A stretch of 64,000 bases of DNA from Chiloscyllium plagiosum (GCF_004010195.1 NC_057752.1:9371323-9435322); one strand, 5' to 3'. Positions 1 to 49,383 are shown, counted from the first letter of the stretch. The notes: generated from the letters alone by a model not told the origin. A program made the numbers and translations.

Positions 1-1489
1 TTAAGGGCTGGAGCCAAGACTGAATTTTATTAAAAGCTGGTTCTACAATCACTGATACAGTCATGCTGGTATCAACCACCATTAGAACCAGATGACCATC
101 TAACCAGGCGTTTATCTTGACTGGTTCTGATTTGGAAGTTGCTAAGCAAGTTAACTGTTACAAACCAGATGTGGGTGAAGTTTCCAGGGCTGAACTCTCT
201 TGGACACCCTTCCTGATACTGGCATATGAGTTAACTCACTCTATTTAAGTCTAGTAGGGCTCTGTTGCTGTCCTGAATCCACATATTTTAATCACCCTCA
301 TGATATCTTCCAATGGGTGTAACCCAGTCTTGTCGACACTGTAGCCTAAGTAGATCACTGGAGGGGGCCTGGAACACACAATTCTCCCTTCTAATGTGTA
401 CGCCTGCCTCAGAAAAATGCCCTAGGACTAAATGTTCCTTACTGGCTTTCCCTGTTAACAGGACATCATCTAGGTAAATGACAACCTGAAGTAGACCTTG
501 TAAAATGTTCTCCATCATCCACTGAAAAATTGAACAGACTGAAGATTCGACAAATGGTACAAGCTTTGAAGGGTATTAATTGTAGCATACGTCTGCGTAT
601 CCTGGTCGATACACAATTGCAATTAAGCATGGCTCACATGCAGCTTTATGAAGCATAAATCTCCTGCCAGATTTGCATACAAATCCTTTATCCAAGGGAG
701 TGGGTATTTATTGAAAATGATTTACTGTTTGTTTAAAGTCCCCACAAAAACTGACCCATTGGGCTTCAAAATCGGTATGATCGATGCTGCTCATTTCCGG
801 AATTGGACTGGTTCGATGATTCCTTCACTTTCCAGCCTCCTGATTTCTGCTCCTACTTTTGCCAGTAAGGCAAACTGGCACTGGATGGGCCTTGCAGGAT
901 TGCTTCCTGGTCAACTTTAGTTCTTCTGATCGTCCCCAGACCTTCCCGGAAAACTTTTGGGTATTTAATTAGGATTTCACTCAGGCAGGCATTTTCTAAT
1001 AAAAAAGTGTTGTTGGTGAATCGCTTGCAACCAATTTCACCCCATCAAGCTTGGGCCCAGGCCTTCTACTACAATTACTGGGAACTAAACCAGCTGCCTT
1101 TCATAAGAGGCCAGAACAGAGGTTGTACTCTTAATCTGCAAAGGTTCCCCGGTATAGGTTCTCTGGTATAGGTTCTCAGCTTAGCTAAAGTCTTGCATTA
1201 ACTTAAGGGCTGGAGCCAAGACTGAATTTTATTAAAAGCTGGTTCTACAATCACTGATACAGTCATGCTGGTATCAACCGCCATTAGAACCAGATGACCA
1301 TCTAACCAGGCGTTTATCTTGACTGGTTCTGATTTGGAAGTTGCTAAGCAAGTTAACTGTTACAAACCAGATGTGGGTGAAGTTTCCAGGGCTGAACTCT
1401 CTTGGACACCCTTCCTGATACTGGCATATGAGTTAACTCACTCTATTTAAGTCTAGTAGGGCTCTGTTGCTGTCCTGAATCCACATATT
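1..1489. repeat. Direct duplication 1-287 = 1203-1489 (offset 1202)
   Basis: Near-identical; one substitution noticed (accacc vs accgcc). Confidence 0.9.
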
Positions 1490-2140
1490 CACAACAATTA
1501 CATTGTCTCACCAGGCAGGATCCTGAAGAAAATTCTAACGTTTGGCTGAGACTTGGCCTTGTTTTATGGTTTCACTGTTGGCCAACCTAGAGTTACTCTT
1601 ACTTTCCTGAGTGAAACAATGCAGTTGCCTGCACTCAAGTGGTGTTCTCCAAGCTGGCAAACTGGCGAGGGAGTCCACTTCCATCGGAATACCTTGTGAC
1701 TCACGTGCTCCACTTGCCGCAATTTCCAACGAAAAAGCCAGTTGTAGTACCTTTTTGAAGTCCAGTTGAGCTTTAGCCATTAGGCATGTTTGCATAGTCA
1801 CATCATTAATCCCACATACTAAGCAGTCTCTCAGCATATCATTCAAGGGTTAGACCAAATTCACGGGTTTCTGCCAGTCGTCTTAACCTAGTCAAAAACC
1901 CTGACATGGATCCCACTCTCATCTCTCTTCAGAGGCCAACGTCCCATCAGCAATCAATCTTTATTCATAAGTGCATAGCCTTTGATCTGAGCATGGCCAT
2001 TCACTGAGTCAGGGGCTCAATATCCCTGACATTCACTCTTTCATGTTAGCCAGGCCTCTCTGATTGGACCAGATTAACAGCCCCAATCAGGGAACTCATT
2101 ACCTAGGAGGTTCAACTGGCTGACCTCGTTACAATCACTA
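1..2140 (-). mobile_element. Decayed Gypsy LTR retrotransposon (LTR ~1915-2140, then gag, protease and RT remnants), running off the window start
   Basis: gag-like DMLRDCLVCGIND (1535-1846); RT YLDD motif in MENILQGLLQVVIYLDDVLLTG (288-518); LTR-like segment resembles the LTRs of the 32006-37053 element. Confidence 0.8.
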
Positions 2141-2301
2141 CTGAAGGGATGTTACTACTGTCACAGTTTGTACTTCCCTTTGCCTTTCAATTAAAAGTTC
2201 ACATTTTTAACTGCTGCATAATGTAGGTTGGGACAATTAATTGTGTTATTTAAGGTTTATTTACAATGTCCCTTTAATCTACCCCTGGCTTTTATTTGTT
2301 T

Positions 2302-3607
2302 GTTGTGGTTCTGTTCGCCGAGCTGGGAATTTGTGTTGCAGACGTTCCATCCCCTGTCTAGGTGACATCCTCAGTGCTTGGGAGCCTCCTGTGAAGCGCT
2401 TCTGTGATCTTTCCTCCAGCATTTGTAGTGGTTTGAAACTGCTGCTTTCGGTTGTCAGTTCCAGCTGTCCGTTGCAGTGGCCGGTATATTGGGTCCAGGT
2501 CGATGTGCTTATTGATTGAATCTGTGGATGGGGGCCATGCCTCTAGGAATTCCCTGGCTGTTCTCTGTTTGGCTTGTCCTATAATAGTAGTGTTGTCCCA
2601 GTCAAACTCATGTTGCTTGTCATCTGCGTGTGTGGCTACTAAGGATAGCTGGTCGTGTCGTTTCGTGGCTAGTTGGTGTTCATGGATGCGGATCNNNNNN
2701 NNNNNNNNNNNNNNNNNNNNNNNNNNNNNNNNNNNNNNNNNNNNNNNNNNNNNNNNNNNNNNNNNNNNNNNNNNNNNNNNNNNNNNNNNNNNNNNNNNNN
2801 NNNNNNNNNNNNNNNNNNNNNNNNNNNNNNNNNNNNNNNNNNNNNNNNNNNNNNNNNNNNNNNNNNNNNNNNNNNNNNNNNNNNNNNNNNNNNNNNNNNN
2901 NNNNNNNNNNNNNNNNNNNNNNNNNNNNNNNNNNNNNNNNNNNNNNNNNNNNNNNNNNNNNNNNNNNNNNNNNNNNNNNNNNNNNNNNNNNNNNNNNNNN
3001 NNNNNNNNNNNNNNNNNNNNNNNNNNNNNNNNNNNNNNNNNNNNNNNNNNNNNNNNNNNNNNNNNNNNNNNNNNNNNNNNNNNNNNNNNNNNNNNNNNNN
3101 NNNNNNNNNNNNNNNNNNNNNNNNNNNNNNNNNNNNNNNNNNNNNNNNCACAAAACACTACATAGGACAAACAGGAAGACAGCTAATTGTTCGCATCCAT
3201 GAACTAGCCACAAAACGACATGACCAGCTATCCTTAGTAGCCACACACACAGATGACAAGCAACATGAGTTTGACTGGGACAACACTACTATTATAGGAC
3301 AAGCCAAACAGAGAACAGCCAGGGAATTCCTAGAGGCATGGCACTCATCCACAGATTCAATCAACAAGCACATCGACCTGGACCCAATATACCGGCCACT
3401 GCAGCGGACAGCTGGAACGGACAACCGGAAGCGACAGATTCAAACCACTACAACTGCCAGAGGAAAGATCACAGAAGCGCTTCACAGGAGGCTTCCAAGC
3501 ACTGAGGACGTCACCTAGACAGGGGATGAAACGCCTGCAACACAAATTCCCAGCTCGGCGAACAGAACCACAACAACGAGCACCCGAGCTACAAATCTTC
3601 GCACAAA
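2302..3607. mobile_element. Penelope-like element, family A (GIY-YIG 3' end present twice in inverted orientation around an N-gap)
   Basis: HYIGQTGRQLIVRIHE...AREFLEAWH on + at 3149-3518 and its reverse complement at 2358-2694; 13-bp TSD CTTTTATTTGTTT at 2289-2301 and 3608-3620. Confidence 0.88.
3499..3538 (+). ncRNA. Minimal hammerhead ribozyme motif of PLE family A (cleavage triplet mutated to GCC in this copy)
   Basis: gca-CTGAGGA(3502-3508)-stem II-GAAA(3528-3531)-cgcc-tgc; the opposite arm retains cgtc. Confidence 0.6.
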
Positions 3608-4642
3608 CTTTTATTTGTTTTTCCTACTATCTTGTCTGATGTAAATAGTCCTGCCAATACAGTGGGCTGAAAAGAGAAATGAATTTCAAAAACAGTTCAA
3701 ACATTTGGAAGCTTTTAGTTGGTTAATGATTTAATGATGGCTTCCCAATTATTTTTAGGAGTAGAGTAAAGAATCACATGGGCCCCTATTTGATGTAGTT
3801 CAGTACTAGCACACTGAATTTCATCACTGCCCAAATAGTTACAAAAGGTTGTTTCCAAAGTGGTGCAAAGATTGTAAAATAGAATGAAAAAAAGTGATTT
3901 TATTTGGACATTTTATTTTATACTCAGGATAACAGTAAAGCATCGGTATTCTACATACTTCTAGATTTTTGTCAATTACTTTATGAAGCTTAGAAAAAAT
4001 GATTTTTTTTAAAAAAAAGAACACTAGTTCAATCTTGGTTGTAGTATTTTCTTTCTTAGGAAAGATCTTAAGGCCCTGGAGAGGAGATTTATTAGAAATG
4101 TAACAAGACAGGGATTTCAGTCATGTGGAGAGATCAGAGAAGTTGGGATTATTCTTCCTGAATTGAAGGAGGTTAAAAAATGACAGTGCAAAAAGGGAGA
4201 AACTGCTTTTAATGACAGAAACTGGTTTTACCGACAGAATTAAGATAAATATTAGAAGAACTAGAGAAAATATGCAATGTGTTTTGGGTAGCAAGTTGAT
4301 GATCTGGAACACAATCATAAACAACTATTTGAAGGAGTGGGCATGACTATTGAACCTGTTCCTTAACTAACAGCTACGGAGGTGCAATTCCAAAATAATC
4401 CAATTCCAAAATGATCAGAAGCCCCAGCCAGTTAAAGTATCCTTATTATCGTGAGGCTGAAATCAATTAACTTGGGATATATCACGGATCAGATGTCTCT
4501 CTCTATGACTATATAGCTCAGTTCTGATTGGATACAGTTCTGACAACTATTAGGAAAGACTTGTCTGGTTTTTGCTCCATTTAAAAAGGGATAATTGTTC
4601 ATTCCCATATATGGCAACAGACAAAGAACAAAAAGCACTCAC

Positions 4643-40325
<35,683 letters not shown>

Positions 40326-41377
40326 TCACAAGGGGGGAAAAAAATCAGAATAAAAATCTCATCCAGCAAGCTGCTCTTGACTTTTCCAATAGTTTCCAGA
40401 TTCAGCAAAGCTTCTTCCAGGCTAATCTTTTGACAGACGGTTATTTAACTCAAGGTTCAATTTTTCTTAACTGATTTACTATTGGGACAGACCCATGATC
40501 AGTGCTCTCTCTCTCCAGAGGTGATCTTTGAGCGAGCTTTCTGAACAATGATCAAATGCAAGTTGTTGTTGACAATTGTAAGGTATTCAGTTCACAGCAA
40601 GCTGCAGAATACAACGGAAAATCTAAACCACTTTGCATATGCCCAAATATACGTTCAATGTTTTTTTTGACAAGTCATTATCTTCATGTACTAGGACACA
40701 GGTTTGAACCTGTAATTTACAGGCATCAATTTCTTGATTTCAGAGATGCTACTGCAGAGAGGAAAGCAGAAACTAGGCTGTTTCAAGCAGAAAATTGGGG
40801 AGGGGGGAAATGGAAAGATTCAAATTGAGCCACTCTGTTACGAACATAGTCCCAAGGGTTTTACTAATGGATTTATTGACTGTCCCTTGTCTTAGCTAAA
40901 AGCTAAGCCTTGAACAAACTCATTCCTTAAGTGTGAGCATCCTCTTCCATGCAGGGACAGATCTGAGTTGATGCAATTAAACCTATGTTCAGCATTCTTG
41001 TGGCACTGGCTGTTGTCACAGTACCACACTGCCATTCAAAACTCCTGAAGAGATTCTTTAGTCTGTGTGTGATTGGTTTACCCCACAGCCCTTTCCCTAC
41101 CTTTTAAAAAATGTCTTACAACAGTATCACCAGCCAATCCATTCTGATCCCACCATTTTTGTTACTAGCACTCAGTTAGTTACCTGGTCATTTTGAATTT
41201 GTTTCAAAGACAAAAGAAAATGCTGAGTCAATTTGTTAACTTTGGTTCAACAGTGGCATTTTCCATGCTGATTCAGAACATTAGGGGTTCAAGCTCCAGT
41301 CCAGAGACTACAGCCCCATAGCCTAGGCTTACATTCCAGTACGCTAAGTACTAAGGGAGTATTAAGCGAGTTGGGGG

Positions 41378-41550
41378 GTATCAGTTAGCTCAGTTGTCTG
41401 GTCAGCTGGTTTGCCAAGCAGAGTGATGACTGTTACTATGAAGGACTGTCCCTCTCAACCTCTCTCCTCACCTGAGGTGTGGTGATCCTCAGGTTAAACC
41501 ACCACCAGTCATCTTTCTGATGAGAGAATGGGACTATGGTGACTTTACCT
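41378..41550 (+). mobile_element. Short tRNA-headed SINE (second copy ~62405-62555)
   Basis: tcagttagctcagttg head; shared ctctcaacc...cctgaggt.tgg body in both copies. Confidence 0.55.
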
Positions 41551-43704
41551 TTTTTTTTACTAAGAGAGTGTAGAACTAATGGGAGGTGTCATGTTTTGGG
41601 ATGATGGAAAAGATTGTATAATATTAATATCTGAAGTACAGCAGGACAGTTCTTCCCAGCGGCCTGTCCAATATTTATTCCTGAATCAACACAACTAAAA
41701 ACAGATTATCAGGTCATTTGCACATCGCTGTATGCTATTTCACCCAGTTTAACATGTTTCAAGAATGCTTGCTGTGAAGCATTTTAGAACATCCCGAGGA
41801 CAGGAAATGCACTGCAGAACTGAATCTCTGTAAGTATTATAGGCCGTGTTTCCAAATTGATGTAGTAACATCACCCAGTTACTGCTGAACTGTGCAAGTG
41901 CCTTGTTCCTGTTAATTTGCTGTTAGCAGGAAGTTTGCTGAAATTCTGCATGTTTACCACTACAAGCATAAACTCCAACAGTGCACATAGGTAGGAGGTA
42001 GAAGGTAGAAGGTAAAGGAGCACAAGAAAATTCACACTTTCACTAGTGTGAGCTACAAGTTGCTTTTCAATCGCATTTATAACAGTGTCTACTCTTTAAA
42101 AGAATTTCACTAGCTGGAGGACATCAGGAAATCATGAAAAGCGCCATATAAATGGAAGTTTGTTTTTACCAAAATTAAGTACTTATAGACTGTCAACATT
42201 TCATCAACAACTATGGCGAGTGGAATACTTGGGAATGGATTATCCATAAAATAAATTGCAAACATTTCCTTCCCCACAGGTGTTGACTCTTTACTGGGGT
42301 GCAGTTTCACTGGTACAAAAGCAACGTGATGCACATGCTGGAAAATCTGAAATCAAAACAGAAAATGCTGAGCAATTCTGGGAGCACCTGTGAAACCGGA
42401 AAAAGAGTTACTGTGAACTCGTCTGAAATGTTAACTCTGTTTCTCTCTCCACAGAAACTGCCTGACCTGCTGGGTGCTTCTATTGTTTTCTGACAGGTGC
42501 AAGTCTCTCCTGGATATCTCACCCAACTGAAGCTTAACAATGAATATCGACAGACTATTCATCCTTGGAAGGGGTGACAGTCCTCTTGATCTCAGCAACA
42601 TACATACCCCATGGGTTTCCCACTGGGTGCTGGGCTCCTGACTGACTTATTCTACCTTCCTAGCCCAGGGGGTCACAAATAGCTCCACGGCCCCCAGTCT
42701 GACACCAGCTATACTCATCCAACTCAGCACTAATCAGCAACTTAACCATTGCTGCTTCCTATGGCTCAGCTCCACAACAGGTAAGACACTGGGTAGTCAC
42801 TGATAATTAATACTTAAAAAGAGCCAAAGACCCAAAATAAGAGGAGGAGAGACTCCAAATAAAAATGGCCCCAGTAGACACAATTTTTAAAAATGGCAAT
42901 ATATTATCAAAGCAATGAAGAAACATATTTTCTGCTTTCATAGCAAGAGTCTAGAAATAATTAGAGTGGTCCAACTCTGGTAAATAATGGTTCAATGTTT
43001 AACGTTCAGCTTTAATGGACCATTAATGATTGGAAGACTCCAACAAATCTGATAGCTGTGGCCTATGAACCACTGTCCGAGCACTTTGTAATGAGAATTA
43101 ACTGTTCCTCTCCTCCCCAATGTTGCCCCAATGATTATGTTTATCTGTTAAGGTGGCATTCTGTTCAATAAGGTCACATTGCCAGAATTCCCACTGTTTA
43201 AATAAGCACGTCCCAAAGGTCTAAATGAGCAGCACTTGTTCGCCCCCAATTCTTGCCCTTAGGACGAGACCATGTTATCAAGGTTAGGAAAACCAGCAGC
43301 AAATAGCTGACTTTCTTTCATTTATTAAAATACTTTTGAGATTGTTTTACATATTTAACAAAGTGTTTTACTGTAATATCTGCAGTGTGACAGAAGCATA
43401 CTAACCGTAAAACTTAAAATAGTAATTTCCCACTTCACGTTCTGCATGAGGGGCACATTTAAGTGCAGAATTAACTCAAGTGAATGGAATATCATACTTC
43501 ATAAATTTTCAACACAAGTCCCCATAGGAAACACAAAGTCAGAAAATTATTCTTTTTAAATAAACGTTTGATCATTGCAGACTAATCTAACTTCTGCTCC
43601 AATTTTACAAATCCTGGACTAAAATATTAAACACAAAATATAATCTTAAAGTTTTTTAAAAATTAATCATATGAAAAAAAACTGCGTGAAGAAAAGCCCC
43701 TCAA

Positions 43705-43965
43705 ACATAGAGTCATAGAGATGTACAGCATGGAAACAGACCCATCGGTCCAACCCGTCCATGCCGAGCAGATATCCCAACCCAATCTAGTCTCACCTGC
43801 CAGCACCCGGCCCATATCCCTCCAAACCCTTCCTATTCATATACCCATCCAAATACCTCTTAAATGTTGCAATTGTACCAGCCTCCACCACATCCTCTGG
43901 CAGCTCATTCCATACACGTACCACCCTCTGTGTGAAAAAGTTGCCCCTTAGGTCTCTTTTATATC
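43705..43965 (-). mobile_element. CR1 LINE 3' end
   Basis: agagtcatagagatgtacagcatggaaacaga tail; TQRVVRVWNELPE on - strand. Confidence 0.8.
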
Positions 43966-44319
43966 TTCGAGAACTTAAACTCCCACACAGTACTCACAGT
44001 AAACTGACTAAATCACCACTCATAGCTACAGTGTTCTTCTATGACACTGAATACAAATATCACATAGATCCTTCATTTATTTCATTTTTTCTCAATGTTT
44101 TTACAATGTAAAATTAATTAGTCATTTGAATAGAAAAAGACCCAGTGCGATATATTTTTAAACAATTTATGTACAGACAGGTGCAGTTCCCACCCTGTAC
44201 TGTCAAGCCTGAGTGACAGAAATGTGAACACCACTGGCTTGGTTATCCGGGTTCAGATCATATATGACCTTCTCAAGAAACCGTCCATCCATAGGCAAAG
44301 TCAGAATTATTCCAGAGAG

Positions 44320-44700
44320 TTTATTCATTCTTTCATGGGATATAGGCATCATTGGCAAGGCCAGAATTTACTCCCAATCCCATATGCCCTTGAATTAAGT
44401 GGCTTGTTTGCACAACTCAGAGTGCAATTAAGAGTCAAGCCCATTGCTGTTCTTCTAGAGTCACATGTAGGCCAGCCTAGGTAAGAATGACAGATTTCCT
44501 ACCCTAAAGGACATTAGTGAATCAAATGGATTTTTACCACAATCAATGATAGTTGCTATGATCGCTCTCACTGAGACGAGCTTTATGTTCCAGATTTATT
44601 AACTTAATTTAAATTACACCAGCTGTCATAGTGGGGTTTGAACCAGTACATTAACCCCTGGATTACTAGTGCAGTGACATTACCACAGCGCTACCATTTC
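44320..44700 (-). mobile_element. SINE sharing both head and tail with the 10670 LINE (another copy ~47335-47665; split copy ~25835-25910 + 26792-26980)
   Basis: Reverse complement matches the LINE head (aatgtcct.tagg, ggcctacatgtga, gactctta) and the 38670-38725 tail. Confidence 0.6.
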
Positions 44701-47700
44701 ACCAAGACAATTATGCTGGGACAATTATAGACTTCTTCTTTCAGTAATCAATGCTTTCCTCCACACACATATTCAATGTCAAATGTATAGACCTTCTAGA
44801 CATTTTGTCTCTAAGATTCAGACTGCCCATACAGTTGACTCAACCACGACGTCTTCGTTGTCTGGCATTCTTCTCAAAGTATCCTTGATTCCATGAAACT
44901 CTATAGCTTTCTCCTGACCTCTGCAACCCGCACCATGCTGACCTTTATCAATGCCCTCTCCACACAATTGGTATTCCTTGCCTCAATGTTCATTAATGGC
45001 TTCCTCTCAAGGGCATTGTTCCCTTCTTCTTTAACACTGCAGATATCAACTTCACCTCTGTGCTACTACTCTAACATATCCCAAAATGCCCAATGCATTT
45101 CCAGCAATATCTTTTCTTCCAGTCTCCACTTCCAATGTACCTGAATGTTTCAAGGTTAGACTATTACTTTTCCTAGTTTAGAGGTGTCTGTGCATGTGCT
45201 GATTATGTCTCTCCTCCACAGCTTTTGACTTCATGACTACCTCTATGTTAGACTGCTCATCAATGTCAGGTCACGGATGAGGAAGAATTTTACTTCATCA
45301 AATATTTTGAAGACTGAAAGTATCTTATTTAATTTCTGGCAAAAAGACCTATATCCTAGCCCTAATTCTGTTCCCTCTTCAGCTGTCCATTTGATTTGAA
45401 TCAGAATAATTGCAACCTCGATGTTTTGTTTGACCACAGCTTATCAAACAACAAATCCTTTCCATCACCAAGACTGTTTACTTCTACCTCAGCAATATTG
45501 CTCATCTTAGCTGAAACCTTCTTGATGCTTTCTTTACCTACACACTCAACTCCACTGATGTCCTGTTCACCAGCCTCCAAGTGCCACATCACCCAAACCT
45601 CTACCATCTACATCCTGTCTCATCACCCCTTTGCTCATTGTCCCCCAATTCCACTATTTTCCTCCTTGCTCTCCTTTGACAAAATCCCTCTAAGGGCTTG
45701 TCCTTTACCAAATCCCTGAAGCTCTTTTCCTGCCTTTTAGAAAGCTTACCTTTTCCCAATGTGCTTTCAATCTAATTCTTGCTCCCTGTCCATTTTGTCC
45801 TTGCACCTTTGGACATCTATTACATTATGAATACTGTCTGAATGCAAGCTGTCATTCATCATTGCACCCATTATCATCATGACCTTTGTGTATTGCGTTA
45901 TGTAGTCAGGTGCACCTTTCTTTTAAGTGAGTTGCTGACTCATGTATTATAATCTAAAGTTGTTTTAATCTTTTAGTACTTGATGGTTGGAACACGATTT
46001 TAATGTTGATTGTCTACTTTTATCAGCATCACAAAGTTTTATAAATACAACTATTTCAGGTACAGTAGACATGCTAAAATGAAAATCTCCTCAGCAAATG
46101 TCATCGCATAGCCAATGTGATAGATTCTGTAATGATGCATTATGGTGTGTAGCTAGTTAGCAGCAAGTCATATGATGAGTTGACAAGGTACAATTAGGTA
46201 TCAGAGAGGACTGGATAGAAATCAGATGCTTATAGGGGTCGGATTCAGAATGAACTGTTGGTTGATTTTGAGCTGAGGAGGAAAGAACAGCTTGCTTCCT
46301 TTACAAGGAGTGAAGTGTTTTGTTAGACATCACTACATAGGATTCTTCCATGTCTAGCTCTCCATCAGCATCGATGCCTGCAAACATCACTGTCATGTCA
46401 GAGGAGGGGAAAGTCAACAGCAAGAACCTTCACCCTTGGGCAAAATCACAGCCAAGACATTTGAGCAGTGAGAGGACATCACACCTTTTCAAGGATCCTC
46501 CATAGAGCCACCTCAGGAAACAGCCAAGTCATTAGTCTGTGCATCTGAAAACACAAAGGGACACATTAGCCACAATGCACGGCAGGTTGTGCCCTCAACA
46601 TCCTCTTTCAATAGCTTCAGCACACAGGGTGTGATCCAAAAACTTAGGGCAACAACAATATTTCACCACATGCATGGCAACTTCAATGCCTTGCATCATA
46701 CTGTGCAAGTAAGGACACCTGAGCAAAGAGACTCACTGGTCAATTTGCTCATCCTCATTAATGTACAGCCAGTGACTCTCCCTCCATTCAGTGCTCCAAT
46801 GAGTTGTTTGAAGCCCTGCCTGGCAGCATTGTTTGGGGAGGTTTTAATGCCAATGAGCCTAATGTGCTCCTTCCGTTGTTGCAGTATCCCTTCCCAGTGA
46901 TTCAATGTGGCCAAACTCTTTGGACCAATCATTTCAACTTTGTTCTCTGTGATATGCAAATAAAGACAACATTTACTTTATTTATTACACAGGAGAAATC
47001 TTAGTAATTTACCTTTTAAACGTTAACGATTTAATCAACCGTTATTTTTCATCACTCCTGACTCCATCACCTGCTTTCCTCCTTGGTGCAGGACATCCAT
47101 TATCATTTTCAAAAGCGATTGTAGCATGATAGATCTGTATCCAGCTCTTTCAGTTTCTGGTATGGTCCAGTACTCCATCCACTACAGTAGCAGGCTTTCC
47201 CTCATTGACACAATGTCAAAAACAACAATGAGTTCTTCAGTCAATGGCTCAACTGTATCTCAATCCATTTGGTCGTATTTGACATCCAACTGCAGATTCT
47301 GCTCAATTGAAGTCTCATCATTGCTGGAAGTGTTTTTTTTTCATTCCTTCACAGGATCCCTAGCAAGGCCATTATTACGGATCCCTAATTGCCCTCAGCT
47401 GAGTGGCATGGTTGGCAACTCAAAGAGCAGTTAAGAGACAATTACATTGATGTGGGTCTGGAGCATCACATCGGCCAGCCAAGTAGGAACAAAAGATTTC
47501 CTTCCCTGAAGGACATGGTCATCATTACTGATAGTAGTTTTTCAGTCCAGATTAATTAAATTTAAATTCTCAAGTGACCCTGGTGAGATTTTAACTCGGC
47601 TGCTGGATCATTGGTTCAGGTTTCTGGATGATTCATCCAGTAACATAACCACAATGCTACCATTCCCCTCACATATAAGCAGGTGAGGTAGCAAGCTGAT

Positions 47701-48083
47701 TTACAAAAATACCAAGCCTTCCCCAAAAAGTACGACACCCTTCTCCTTAACCTCTTCAGCTGACTTCAAAAGGGAGAAGGGGACACAAAATTGTTCCACT
47801 TGCCTTGTGAAGCAAAAGAGCTGCATAAGTCATTGATCTCAATACTTTAGCTAAAAGACGAGTTCCTAGCAACATTCCAAATCAGACCACTAGGTTGTAA
47901 TGGTCTCTCATCATCTGCTGCTGGAGTAATCAGCTCCTGACTATTTGACAGAACACTCACTCCTTGGAAGCACAGCCCACACCTTCATCATCAGAATATT
48001 CCTGGGAATTCCTCTACTAGCTACAGACATGATCCTTGCCATCAAGTGTGCTTTAGCTTCTACTTACTACTTAACTCTGAGGT

Positions 48084-48810
48084 TCAACCCAACATTGAAC
48101 CTTCCACCCCACCAACCTCCGTACACATGGCATCATCCTCCGCCATTTCCGCCACCTACAAACGGACCCCACCACCAGAGATATATTTCCGTCCCCGCCC
48201 CTATCTGCATTCTGTAAAGACCATTCCCTCCGTGACTCTAGTCAGGTCCACACCCCCCACAACCCACCCTCCCCTCCTGGCACCTTTCCCAGTCATTGCA
48301 AGAATTGCAAAACCTGCACCCACACCTCCCCCCTTACCTCTGTCCAAAGCCCCAAAGGAGCCTTCCACATCCATCAGAGATTCACCTGCACTTCCACACA
48401 TCATTTACTGTATCTGTTGCGCCCGCTGCAGTCTCCTCTACATTGGGGAGACAGGATGCCTATTTGCAGAATGCCTCATCGAACATTCTGCTTCTCCGGG
48501 ACACACGCACGAAGCAACCCTACTGCCCTGTGGCTGAACACTTTAACTCCCCCCTCCCGCTCTGCCAAGGACATGCAGGTGCTGGACCTCCTCCACCGCC
48601 AAACCCTAACTAATCAATGCCTGGAGGAACAACGCCTCATCTTCCGCCTTGGGACCCTTCAACCACATGGGATCAATGTGGATTTCACCAGTTTCCACAT
48701 TTCCCCTACCCCCACCTTATCCCAGATCCAACCTTCCAACTCAGCACCACCCTCATGATCTGTCCTACCTGTCCATCTTTCTTCCCACCTATCCGCTCCA
48801 CACTCCTCTC
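48084..48810 (+). mobile_element. PLE family B GIY-YIG endonuclease region
   Basis: IIYCICCARCSLLYIGETG...EH; CLEEQRLIFRLGTLQPHGINVDF. Confidence 0.85.
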
Positions 48811-49254
48811 CTAGCTGTTTATTGCTACTTTCTAGTCTTTCCCTTCATTTATCTTCTGTTTACTCCCAGCTCTCCCGATCTCAGATATCATGGCCCTCCC
48901 AACTCATTTCTGCAGCCTTATTCTTACAGTCCCTCATCCCAATCAATGCTATTCTTCCACCGATCTCCTCACCTATCCCCATCCCAGGCTTTAGAATCTC
49001 CTGGACTCATCCAGTATTCCTATCTAAACACAATCCATCACACCCAGCATGAGACCTGCTGCTGCCACTCACCCATCACTGCCCTGTGTTTTGGGTTCAC
49101 TCAATAATTAATCTCCTTTGTTAAATTTTGTCACACTTTAAATATGTTGTCAACCTGCCTTCAATCACTGCCATAAGTCTTCTTCTGTCTCCTGCTGTGT
49201 CGATGCCTCAACCTTAATGAAATTCCCCTGGGAGGTTTGATTATACTAAAAGTC

Positions 49255-49290
49255 ATTCCTGAAGAAGGGCCTGTGCCCGAAACGTCGAAT
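49255..49290 (+). ncRNA. Minimal type I hammerhead ribozyme motif, intact
   Basis: Helix I ATTC/GAAT; CTGAAGA 49259-49265; stem II GGGC-CTGT-GCCC; GAAA 49279-49282; palindromic ACGT stem III; GUC triplet, predicted cut after 49286. Confidence 0.75.
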
Positions 49291-49383
49291 CTCCTGTTCC
49301 CTGGATGCTGCCTGACCTGCTGTGCTGTTCCAGCAATAAAGTTTCAACTTTGATCTCCAGCATCTGCAGACCTCACTTTCTCC
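49258..49383 (+). mobile_element. 126-bp PLE-B mini-insertion starting at a hammerhead motif
   Basis: Perfect 16-bp TSD TATACTAAAAGTCATT at 49242-49257 and 49384-49399. Confidence 0.88.

Noticed and set aside
2358..3518. Long ORFs spanning N-runs (also 22515-23549 and 58100-59723)
   Set aside because: Length is an artefact of gaps translated as X; the flanks are PLE or CR1 fragments.
1..4642. Downstream kinase exons (exon 12 onward, CCT domain)
   Set aside because: None recognisable; a short, poorly conserved exon could have been missed.
46100..47300. Cluster of short ORFs in apparently non-repetitive intron 1 sequence
   Set aside because: No recognisable domain or consistent splice structure.
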